A stretch of 64,000 nucleotides of DNA from a virus: IMG/VR virus record IMGVR_UViG_3300027983_002388; one strand, written 5' to 3'. This document shows positions 9,709-18,319 of this stretch, piece after piece (position 1 is the first letter of the stretch; each line of letters opens with the position of its first letter). Under the pieces are notes generated by a model. That model saw only the letters and a list, made by a program, of their open reading frames with translations. It was not told the origin of the DNA and ran no database searches. Position numbers and translations under genes: made by a program.

Positions 9709-9833
9709 GAAATAGGGAACGGTGTAGTCTGTCGCCGAAGGCATACAACTTGATAGTTATAGATAGATAGATTTTGTTTTTTGATAAAAAACATGCTTTA
9801 GTAATGCGACACGCTGTTTCCTATTTCTTTTTT
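9709..9833 (+). promoter_or_regulatory. Structured RNA element upstream of cobalamin adenosyltransferase
   Basis: 17-bp stem 9709-9725/9811-9827 with three G-U pairs, followed by a U-run. Confidence 0.5.
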
Positions 9834-9846
9834 ATAAAGTGTTCCG

Positions 9847-10416
9847 ATGGAGTTGAATTCAGTAAGAGCCAAAATAACAACTGGATACGGCGATGATGGA
9901 TGGACTCATGCTGGAATCCATAAACAATGTTCAAAAGACGATCTTGTTATTGATACCGTGGGTGACCTGGATGAACTTAATTGTTGGTTGGGTCGCACTA
10001 GAGAGTTACATCCACAATTCGATGAGGAATTGAAGACGATCCAAGGCAAGATTTTTGAGCTTGGTGTATTTGTCATTCAATATCGACTTTCATTATCTCT
10101 TGAAGATGTCCGTTGGTTGGAAATCAAGTCTTTAGAACTCGAAAAACACCTGCCTGACCTCAAGAACTTCATTCTTCCTCATTATCCATCCGAAGTTCAC
10201 ATTGCACGAGCGGTATGTCGTCGTGTAGAACGTAAGCTCTGCTCTTTCATGCGTAAGGATGGTGCGCAGAACGATTTTATCGTGCAGAACGATTTCATCG
10301 TGCCTTACATCAATCGCTTGAGCGATTATTTGTTCATTATGGCTCGCCATATCTGTCATACGGCAGGTAAGTCAGAGACTATTTGGCAAGGCGAAAAACC
10401 GGAGGCAAGTAAGTGA
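9847..10416 (+). CDS. pduO: PduO-type ATP:cob(I)alamin adenosyltransferase
   Basis: TGYGDDGWT, GDLDELN, FILP, ARAVCRRVER and YINRLSDYLF motifs. Confidence 0.92.
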   Translation: MELNSVRAKITTGYGDDGWTHAGIHKQCSKDDLVIDTVGDLDELNCWLGRTRELHPQFDEELKTIQGKIFELGVFVIQYRLSLSLEDVRWLEIKSLELEKHLPDLKNFILPHYPSEVHIARAVCRRVERKLCSFMRKDGAQNDFIVQNDFIVPYINRLSDYLFIMARHICHTAGKSETIWQGEKPEASK

Positions 10417-10913
10417 AAAATTATGTCATCGTTCATGCTCGACATCCTGATGGGAAAATTTTGTTGGTCCTCAAGGACCGTCCCGAATGGCAAAAGGGTC
10501 GATTGAATCTTGTCGGTGGCAAAATTGAAAAAGGCGAGACGCCGGGTCATGCCGCCATGCGAGAGTTGCAAGAAGAAGCCGGACTAATTGGAATCTCACC
10601 AGAATACGGCACTCCAATTATTCCCAAGTTGTGCGGCGCAATCAAGGGAGTCGATTGTGTTGTTTATTGTTTTTCTGTGGATGTAAATGAAAAAATAATC
10701 AAGCCACGAGAAGGCGAGACTGAAAAAGTTGATTGGTATTCTCTGGATGTGCTTGACGATTCAAGGCTTATGCCTAATTTAAGGCTTGTAGTTCCACTGT
10801 TGCAAATGGGCGTCACGGATTGGGTTATTACCGATCACAAGTCGTCTTTGGGTGTACCAACTCATGAGGTTATGGTATCCTTGGGGATAGATAAACCTTT
10901 TGTAAATGGATGA
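10413..10913 (+). CDS. NUDIX hydrolase
   Basis: Nudix box GGKIEKGETPGHAAMRELQEEAG. Confidence 0.92.
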   Translation: MKNYVIVHARHPDGKILLVLKDRPEWQKGRLNLVGGKIEKGETPGHAAMRELQEEAGLIGISPEYGTPIIPKLCGAIKGVDCVVYCFSVDVNEKIIKPREGETEKVDWYSLDVLDDSRLMPNLRLVVPLLQMGVTDWVITDHKSSLGVPTHEVMVSLGIDKPFVNG

Positions 10914-10919
10914 CATTAC

Positions 10920-12467
10920 ATGCGTGATCTGACCCCAGAGGAGCAAGCGAAACTTGAAGCGATTTCCGACCCACAGGCTAATGCCAAAGTAAAATTTGCC
11001 TGGGACGACACCTTTCAGCGAAAGCTGATGGGAATGTTGTTGACCGACCAATATATGCTCATCCAAGCAATGGATAAGCTAGAGTCGGGATACTTCAGCA
11101 ACGAAGCACACGTTTTGATTTGTGATATATTGTTGAAGCATTTTGCCGTTCATAAGGCAATCCCTGAAAAATGGATCATTGAAAATGATCTCAAAGAAAA
11201 ACTTAAAGACCGTGACGCCAGTGTTCAATTGCACTTCTTGGCAGAACTCCATTCTGTTTATGACTACTATGTTCCCGGTTTAGAAACACGGGAATATTTG
11301 ATTGATAAAATCACGTTTTTTGCAAAAGTACAAGCTGTAAAAAAGGCATTTGGTACGTCTCTCGAACTGATGGCAGAAGCCCCTGAGTCTGAAAAAACCT
11401 GGGCTGCTGTTTATGAAGAAATGCGAAAAGCAATGCTTATCGACCGGAGTTATGAGCCGGGCGTTGAATACTTCATGAACTTGGATGAGATGTTTTTAAG
11501 AATGGATCAAGTCTTTGAAGGCAAAGATAGATTCACTTCTGGTTTCGCTCCCATTGATGAAGCACTCACTGGTGGCGGGCTATTCAACGGACAGATCGCT
11601 TCGTGGATTGGATTGCCCGGAACAGGTAAATCACTTGCGCTTGTGCGTGGGGCCGTTCAGAATGTCATTCTGGGGCATAAGGTTCTCTATCTCACGATGG
11701 AAATGGATGAGCTTGGCATCATGCAGCGATTCACATCGCAGTTCGCCAAGTTGGACATCAATAATCTGCGTGGCGTCAAAGACGAAGTATATCGCACAGT
11801 AGAGGAATTTAAGAAGGGTTGGGACGATCCCAACTTACTTCACGTCAAGCAGTTCCCTGGTGGCGAAATGGATGTGAACGGCATCCGTGCATATATCGCT
11901 CAACTCGAACTACGAAAATTCAAACCCAACTTGGTCATTATTGACTATGTTGGCGAAATGAAAGACGACCCGAATGTCAAAAAATATGAATCGGCATATA
12001 AAATCCTTCGTGATTTGCGTGGTTTTGGTGTCAGCCGTGGGCATTGCACTATGACTTGCGTACAACCGAACGCTTCAGCGGCAAAACTTGAAGTAGGCCA
12101 ATATATCGACGAGTCTAACATCGGCACTTCGTTTGACCAGTTCAAGCCTTTGGATGCTTTCTGGAGCATCAACCAGCAGGTTATCGAGAAGGATGCTGAA
12201 GTCGGTCGAGTGTTCGTCATCAAACATCGTAATGGTCGCTCAAGATTTCCATTTAAGATCGGCTTTGACTATAAGCTGGGAACGCTGGATATGTTCTCTA
12301 TCTCGAAGGAGAGTTATCGAGAACGCATGAATCTGGTTCAGGAAAAGAAGGCTGATGAAGTCACGATGGACAACATTGATACTGGTGCGCCGCAGCCTGG
12401 GAAAAAACAAAGAAGCAAAAGAGGATTCAAAGGTGACGATCCGATGGAAGATACTTACGAGGCTTAA
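10920..12467 (+). CDS. Replicative DnaB-family helicase (T4 gp41-like)
   Basis: Walker A GLPGTGKS, YLTMEM, IIDY, KHRNGR. Confidence 0.9.
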   Translation: MRDLTPEEQAKLEAISDPQANAKVKFAWDDTFQRKLMGMLLTDQYMLIQAMDKLESGYFSNEAHVLICDILLKHFAVHKAIPEKWIIENDLKEKLKDRDASVQLHFLAELHSVYDYYVPGLETREYLIDKITFFAKVQAVKKAFGTSLELMAEAPESEKTWAAVYEEMRKAMLIDRSYEPGVEYFMNLDEMFLRMDQVFEGKDRFTSGFAPIDEALTGGGLFNGQIASWIGLPGTGKSLALVRGAVQNVILGHKVLYLTMEMDELGIMQRFTSQFAKLDINNLRGVKDEVYRTVEEFKKGWDDPNLLHVKQFPGGEMDVNGIRAYIAQLELRKFKPNLVIIDYVGEMKDDPNVKKYESAYKILRDLRGFGVSRGHCTMTCVQPNASAAKLEVGQYIDESNIGTSFDQFKPLDAFWSINQQVIEKDAEVGRVFVIKHRNGRSRFPFKIGFDYKLGTLDMFSISKESYRERMNLVQEKKADEVTMDNIDTGAPQPGKKQRSKRGFKGDDPMEDTYEA

Positions 12468-12558
12468 CTCCAACCGAACTCCAATTGTTTATTTCGTAAA
12501 CAAAGGTAGACTTCAATCTTTGGCAATCTAAAACAACGCAATCGAAGGATGAAATGAA

Positions 12559-13179
12559 ATGGACGACTCAAACGATTTGAAATTTGAAAATATGAATTTT
12601 GATGATAGAGGTAGCAATGCTTGGAGCCGCAAGGATCGTTGTGCTTTTCATTTGAAAGTTGAAAAATTTATATTTCAGAGGCTTAGTCAAGAGTTGCCCG
12701 GAAAACTTGAACGAGCATCTGAAATTGTTGATAAATATGAAAAAGTTGATTGGTTTTGGAATGATGCTTTGTGTGCCATCAAAACTCGTCAAATGAATAG
12801 TGGACCTGATTTATTGATAGATGTTTACGAGCCATTTAGTGGTTTTTTGTCTGATGAAAATGTCTTGGCAAGAGATATGCAAAAGGCATATGCGGCGATA
12901 GCTCATTTGGAAAACACAAAAACAACTCTGAGTGTTGTGTGCGGACTTGAAGTTCACAGTATCATTAAAAACATAATACAAGAAAACGAAGAGAAAATTT
13001 CAGATGGAGAAATCTCTAATTCTCATGAACCCAAAAGAGTATTTTCATCGGATATACATTCGGATTGTCATTTTAAGGTTGTTATTGATGCCTACTCGAA
13101 TAAGAAAAAATTAGTTGCAATTCTTCCTATTTCTTATTTGACCATAATCAAACAAATACCACTAAATCCTAATACATAG
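12559..13179 (+). CDS. Hypothetical protein, probable nuclease fold; paralog of 60221-60838
   Basis: Shared pattern D..EK.D...AIK.R...D.L....PF.G...RD. Confidence 0.6.
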   Translation: MDDSNDLKFENMNFDDRGSNAWSRKDRCAFHLKVEKFIFQRLSQELPGKLERASEIVDKYEKVDWFWNDALCAIKTRQMNSGPDLLIDVYEPFSGFLSDENVLARDMQKAYAAIAHLENTKTTLSVVCGLEVHSIIKNIIQENEEKISDGEISNSHEPKRVFSSDIHSDCHFKVVIDAYSNKKKLVAILPISYLTIIKQIPLNPNT

Positions 13180-13425
13180 GGCATGTTTCAATATTAAACG
13201 GCCATTAAAAGCCGACCGATATTGGGAGTTTTCCGGCAGGCTGCTCGCCAAGGTGCGAGTGGACGACCCACAAGTTGGAAAAATGGATAGTCATATTCCC
13301 TGATGGGGAGACGTTCAACTGAGCAGCAACATAACGCTCAAGCGATTCATCCTTGGTTTATGACAGGTCAAGTCCGCAACCGAGCAATTTGTGTCGAAAA
13401 TGGAATCTACTTTGAGGAATCTAAA

Positions 13426-13602
13426 ATGAAATATCGTATTTGCGAAATGACGCTCAATGAGTATGTCAATCATCCCACTGAAGTTAAAATTGATGAAGTC
13501 GAGGCCAACTCGATGGAAGAAGCTCGTAAGGTTGCCGCCATGCGGTGGCCAAATAGAGAAATTAAAGTGATCGCAGAGAATAACTCTGTTGATTGCAACT
13601 GA
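13426..13602 (+). CDS. Small hypothetical protein
   Basis: GAGG RBS then MKYRICE...VEANSMEEARKVA. Confidence 0.6.
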   Translation: MKYRICEMTLNEYVNHPTEVKIDEVEANSMEEARKVAAMRWPNREIKVIAENNSVDCN

Positions 13603-13650
13603 GAGAAATGTTAAAGTAATCTCCAAAGGTCAACTATCACTACCCTAAAG

Positions 13651-13683
13651 AAGTTTGGGTCGGAGTACCGACCCAAACTTTCT
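13651..13683. terminator. Perfect hairpin, probable terminator
   Basis: AAGTTTGGGTCGG-agta-CCGACCCAAACTT. Confidence 0.7.
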
Positions 13684-13711
13684 ACGCCTGCTCGCTCTTA
13701 GGTGAAAAACT

Positions 13712-14200
13712 ATGTCACAAGATGCACCCGTTGAAATTGTCAAGGTTATTGTTCAAGGTCGAGAGATCGAACTCAACCCTAAGAACATGAAGTACAACGA
13801 AAACACCTTGGGCGAATACATGGGCAAGGAGTATGGGTGGGTCGATTATCTCGGCAAGCAGCTTGAGTACGCTCAAAAAGAAGTTTTGTTTGCCGACATA
13901 GAAGTTGATCGCCTTTTTAGTCTCCGTTACATAGAGGCGAAAGAAAAAGGAGAATCAGAAGGCTATTCAAAGGCTTTCGCCCTTTCTCGTGACGACGTGG
14001 TTGCAGCTAAGAAATATTTAGCTGAACGTAAGGAAGCTGTTGGACATATCAAGGCACACCTGAAAGCCTTTGATAAGAACCACGAGAATGCTCAGAATCG
14101 AGGACATACGCTTCGTAAAGAATTGGACAAGCTCAATCGAGACATCTATGTATCGCCGGATGATGCCACTTGTACCTTTGAAGATGTGTTGAAGGAGTAG
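13712..14200 (+). CDS. UvsY-like recombination mediator
   Basis: Size, helical coiled-coil pattern and T4-like context. Confidence 0.5.
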   Translation: MSQDAPVEIVKVIVQGREIELNPKNMKYNENTLGEYMGKEYGWVDYLGKQLEYAQKEVLFADIEVDRLFSLRYIEAKEKGESEGYSKAFALSRDDVVAAKKYLAERKEAVGHIKAHLKAFDKNHENAQNRGHTLRKELDKLNRDIYVSPDDATCTFEDVLKE

Positions 14201-14203
14201 TAT

Positions 14204-14794
14204 GTGGTCGATCCTACCAAGATTACCAATTATCATCTCACGCACGCACAGACAGAGGAAGTTCTTCTGTTTTGGGTTTGTGCAGCAGGCAAAAATGGCG
14301 TCACCGCCGCCAGATGCTTAGAGAGACTTCTCTCAACTTGGCGGGAGAGGGCGTCCAAACTCAAAGCAAATCCATCGCCGTTTGATATTGTTCAATACAT
14401 TTCTGACATTGGCGATCTTGCTGATGAAATGAAAAATCATGGCATTGGTTGTTACAACGCCAAGGCAAAAACTTTTTTGGCACTTGCTCTAAGTGCTATG
14501 AATTTCAAAAAATGTTCAGTTGAAGATTTGGAATCTTTTCCTGGCATCGGTCCCAAGACTGCCCGGTGTTTTTTAATTCATAGCCGTCCTAATCAGCAAT
14601 ATGCTGGTCTTGATACGCACGTTCTCAAGTTTCTTCGTGACAAAGGACATGAAGTTCCTAAAACAACTCCCACTGGCAAAAAATATCGTGATTTGGAAGC
14701 GGTGTTTTTGAAATATGTGGCCGAGTCCGGCATGAACGTGGCGGACTTTGATTTGATGATTTGGAACGACTATAGGAACAGGAAAGCGGCATGA
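14204..14794 (+). CDS. HhH-GPD DNA glycosylase (Ogg2-like)
   Basis: FPGIGPKTARCFL HhH motif, LDTHVLKFL, KYRDLE, FDLMIW. Confidence 0.85.
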   Translation: MVDPTKITNYHLTHAQTEEVLLFWVCAAGKNGVTAARCLERLLSTWRERASKLKANPSPFDIVQYISDIGDLADEMKNHGIGCYNAKAKTFLALALSAMNFKKCSVEDLESFPGIGPKTARCFLIHSRPNQQYAGLDTHVLKFLRDKGHEVPKTTPTGKKYRDLEAVFLKYVAESGMNVADFDLMIWNDYRNRKAA

Positions 14795-14842
14795 GTAATT
14801 TCAAATCTCTGGTTGGTTTGAAAATTGGAAAACTTTTAATTC

Positions 14843-15319
14843 TTGAAGAGTTCAAAGATACAAGATGGAAGGTTCATTGTGGATGAAAAATGGGATAAGA
14901 GGTTTATTGATCTTGCAAAACATTTTGCCAAATGGAGCAAAGACCCAAGCACTCAAGTCGGTGCAGTTATCTTTGATAAAGATAATCGAATTATTTCTGT
15001 AGGCTACAATGGGCTACCGGCAGGTGTTTCTGATGTTGGTTTAGAAGATAGAGATAGAAAGTATAAAACAATAATACACGCCGAGATGAATGCTATTATA
15101 TTTGCAAATAGAAGTTTGGATGGTTGCCAAATTGCAACGTGGCCTTTCATGCCTTGCTCTAATTGTTCATCTGCAATTATTCAATCGGGGATTGTTAGGT
15201 GTGTTTACCCCAAAGCAACTGGTGAAAGAGCGATTAGATGGCAGGAATCTTTTAATTTGTCTAAGAGTCAATTTGATGAGGCTGGAGTTGTAACTAAAGA
15301 ATATGACGAAATTGATTGA
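14843..15319 (+). CDS. dCMP deaminase
   Basis: SKDPSTQVGA, GYNG, HAE, PCSNC; true start may be GTG near 14879. Confidence 0.93.
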   Translation: MKSSKIQDGRFIVDEKWDKRFIDLAKHFAKWSKDPSTQVGAVIFDKDNRIISVGYNGLPAGVSDVGLEDRDRKYKTIIHAEMNAIIFANRSLDGCQIATWPFMPCSNCSSAIIQSGIVRCVYPKATGERAIRWQESFNLSKSQFDEAGVVTKEYDEID

Positions 15320-15355
15320 AGCTAAGTTGGTTCTTTTGCATGGCTGATTGGGCAA

Positions 15356-16213
15356 ATGAAATTATCGTTCACTTTAGGTGGTGGTCTTGGGGATTATATC
15401 CTCAATTATTTAGGCGATCCGGGCAATCGGCTTGCCTACATAATGATGGCTGTCCAGGATATTGAGTTCAGAGTTTCTGCTCAGTGTCCGGCTGGTATTG
15501 ATCTTGTGAAGAATTCGCCATATTTCAAATTCCAGCATGTCTATCAAGAAAAGAAGTTCGCTCAGAATAGACTTAAAGATGACATTTCTAACATCGGTAA
15601 TCTTGCCGAATATCTAAAAGTTATTCCTCCTCTTTGGCTTTCTTCAGAAGAAGAGGATATTTTGGTCAATGTGGTGCGACCATATGCTGTCTTCCATCCA
15701 TTTGCCTCTCACGGGCCTCGCAACCTTACTGCGGCGTTCAATACGACCAACATGGTGCAATGGATCGCAGATGCGTCTGGGATTAACGTAGTCGTTTTGG
15801 GGCAAGAGGATTTTGGATATGAATCTGCTAACGTGAGACACATCAAGGGTAGTCCTCGGTTGGCAACAAAATTGGTGGAGCATTCATCCTTTTTTGTCGG
15901 TAGTCATAGTTCAATGCAGTGTGCTGCGTGGGTTCATGACATACCATCATTCTGCATAGGTCCAAGCCATTTGTTGTTTCACAATTTGTATTCACCGAGC
16001 AACAACGACTTGTATTTGAAACCCTTATTTAAGGGCAAGAACATATTCATGATGTATGACCAAGCAGATCGGTTCTCTTATTTCTTAGACTATTTTTTAA
16101 GGACGGCCACTTCTCTACAGCCTCAGCGAACCCCCGAAGAATGTCGGAGGAGGATAGCTCTGTCAGGCATGGCTTCTGAGCTTCTTTTGACTTCGGACAA
16201 GCAATCATGTTGA
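15356..16213 (+). CDS. GT9-like glycosyltransferase
   Basis: GGLGD N-terminus, FHPFAS, FVGSHSS. Confidence 0.65.
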   Translation: MKLSFTLGGGLGDYILNYLGDPGNRLAYIMMAVQDIEFRVSAQCPAGIDLVKNSPYFKFQHVYQEKKFAQNRLKDDISNIGNLAEYLKVIPPLWLSSEEEDILVNVVRPYAVFHPFASHGPRNLTAAFNTTNMVQWIADASGINVVVLGQEDFGYESANVRHIKGSPRLATKLVEHSSFFVGSHSSMQCAAWVHDIPSFCIGPSHLLFHNLYSPSNNDLYLKPLFKGKNIFMMYDQADRFSYFLDYFLRTATSLQPQRTPEECRRRIALSGMASELLLTSDKQSC

Positions 16214-17060
16214 AACAAGGTCCGCAGTCCCAATCCCCATTGTCTCGATGCTTTTGAACCAGAACAAAATCGTAGTATTTGCCATACAATTTGCCATTGG
16301 TGAAAGAGAATATCCCGATTAAGGGCTTTTTAAGTCCTGCTGCAATATGAAATGTTCCGGTGTCCACCGAGATGACAGCATCGGCCAATTCAACCATAGC
16401 GATCCAGGCTTGTTGGTGAATACTGAATATTTGGTCTACGCCCAAGTTGTCATAGACCACTTGTTTGTCGCTGTGGATGGTAAACACATAGCACCCTATA
16501 TCTCGCAGTGCTTTGACGACATCGCTTATTTGATTGTATGTGAGGCTTTTAGCTATTCCACATTGATCGTCACTGGAAGCGGAAGCTACTAATATAGCTG
16601 GTTTGCCTTCTTTGTTGTATCGCTTAAATGCTTCTCGGCATTGGTCTAGTACATTGGCATCTGGTTTCAGCATCATGTTGTGATTGGTCAATGTCACTCC
16701 GCAGTGCGCCGCCCAAATATCGCTGCGATTATCTTTGTTGTCGATTCCTTGGCGGTTTTCATGGACCCGGCAGGCTGTTGAAAGATCGTAAACTACGCCA
16801 TATTCATCTTCGTTTACAGACCCCAGATCAATTGCTGTGGCGAATGGGTGGTTTTTGGCCATTTCGACGTATTGTGCAGGACAGGCGAATGTGATCTCGG
16901 CTCCAGGAAAAGCCTGGGAGAAGTCTTCAAACAGCATTCTTTGCACAAGGATGTCACCGTAGCCGCCGCTGCGTCTTTTGATGAGAATCTTGTTGCGTCT
17001 TTCTTGGTGGTCTTTCAACGAAACAGGCTTCTTTACCTTCTTTTTCACCAACTTGAGCAT
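16047..17060 (-). CDS. GT9 (heptosyltransferase-like) glycosyltransferase
   Basis: GGYGD, ISVDTGTFHIAAGL, C-terminal CGPC..C..C; start at MLKLVKK. Confidence 0.85.
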   Translation of the reverse strand: MLKLVKKKVKKPVSLKDHQERRNKILIKRRSGGYGDILVQRMLFEDFSQAFPGAEITFACPAQYVEMAKNHPFATAIDLGSVNEDEYGVVYDLSTACRVHENRQGIDNKDNRSDIWAAHCGVTLTNHNMMLKPDANVLDQCREAFKRYNKEGKPAILVASASSDDQCGIAKSLTYNQISDVVKALRDIGCYVFTIHSDKQVVYDNLGVDQIFSIHQQAWIAMVELADAVISVDTGTFHIAAGLKKPLIGIFSFTNGKLYGKYYDFVLVQKHRDNGDWDCGPCFNMIACPKSKEAQKPCLTELSSSDILRGFAEAVEKWPSLKNSLRNKRTDLLGHTS

Positions 17061-17115
17061 ATATTTTTCTCGTGTTCTTTCATAACAACCAGATATACAG
17101 TTTCTATCTTCTTCA

Positions 17116-17832
17116 TTATTCCTCCAAGCTCGTGTCTCTTGGCCGGACATATCTGGTGTCATCGGAAAGCAATATTGGCTTAATGGTACGACCACCAGAA
17201 GTCGCTACGGCAAATTCGTAAATGCTTCGCTTTGGACCGCATACATGCTTTGTTCCAATTGCGTTAAGTTCGATGAGAGCCGTGATTTTTGTCGCAGCTT
17301 CACTGGCCGTTAGTCTGGTAGAGAACTGGTCTTGGTAGGCTTGTTCATGTGGAAATATGTCTGGGAAGAACGACAAGCGGATTATCAGGTGGTCTTTTAC
17401 ACTCTTTGCAACGTATTCCCCAGCCAATTTGGTTTCGGCATAGTAGTTCATTGGACCCACTTCGTCGCCAACTTTGTAGTTTCCTCGATCTCCTCGAAAC
17501 ACATAATCCGTGCTGATATAGACCATTTTTGCACCAATGTCATGGCAGAAAGTAGACACATTTGCGGTGCCTACGACATTTGTGAGCATTCCTTCGATTG
17601 GCCCGCTGGTACAGGGTTCCATTTTGAGAGCGGCACAGTGGATGACTGTCGATATGGGGTTTGGGTTTATTTGCTTTATGTATAGAGAGTCTTTTAGTGG
17701 TTGACGAATATCCATTTCGTGATGTCTTGGCCGGTGTGCATTCGGAAAAAGCCGATGCAGGGCTTCTCCCAATAATCCATGACCGCCAGTGATTAAAACA
17801 GCAGAGGTTGATAATGATTTCGTATTGTCCAT
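17116..17832 (-). CDS. RmlD-like dTDP-4-dehydrorhamnose reductase / SDR
   Basis: TGGHGLLG, HCAA, YISTDYVF, YAETK; start MDNTK after GGAG. Confidence 0.85.
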   Translation of the reverse strand: MDNTKSLSTSAVLITGGHGLLGEALHRLFPNAHRPRHHEMDIRQPLKDSLYIKQINPNPISTVIHCAALKMEPCTSGPIEGMLTNVVGTANVSTFCHDIGAKMVYISTDYVFRGDRGNYKVGDEVGPMNYYAETKLAGEYVAKSVKDHLIIRLSFFPDIFPHEQAYQDQFSTRLTASEAATKITALIELNAIGTKHVCGPKRSIYEFAVATSGGRTIKPILLSDDTRYVRPRDTSLEE

Positions 17833-17872
17833 TCGTCTACTCCTGGTACTCTTCTGATAGAGTGATGCTATT

Positions 17873-18043
17873 TTATTTATTGTCAATGCCATATCGACTC
17901 TCGTGGACCCGGCAGGCTGTTGAAAGATCGTAAACTACGCCATATTCATCGCTACGTCTTTTGATGAGAATCTTGTTGCGTCGTTCTTGGTGGTCTTTCA
18001 ACGAAACAGGCTTCTTTACCTTCTTTTTCACCAACTTGAGCAT
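17873..18043 (-). pseudogene. Internally deleted duplicate of the GT9 5' end (56 aa)
   Basis: Near-identical to about 16762-16808 plus 16968-17078; in-frame deletion and stop after GIDNK. Confidence 0.85.
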
Positions 18044-18090
18044 ATTTTTCCTCGTGTTCTAAAATTTCTTCCTCAGTATTATAGATACTG

Positions 18091-18297
18091 TGTCCTTGAC
18101 TGACTCCCTAACTTCAGTCCGTGACGCTAACGTAGTTCCGACTGTCTGCATGGAAGTTTGATCTATGGTTGCGAGTGGGAATAGCCAATGCAGGATCAGG
18201 ATGCTTTAAGGCACTGATTAGGCGAAAACCAATAGAGGCAAAACCTCGACCAAGGATAAGGGAACCATTACTCGTATAGTATTGGTTCCCTTTTTTT
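18091..18297 (+). ncRNA. Candidate rod-shaped small RNA (6S-like) with intrinsic terminator
   Basis: Closing stem TGTCCTTG/CAAGGATA, nested stems, TAGATA motif upstream, hairpin 18258-18292 plus T-run. Confidence 0.55.
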
Positions 18298-18319
18298 ATG
18301 CGATTACAGAGGATAAATT

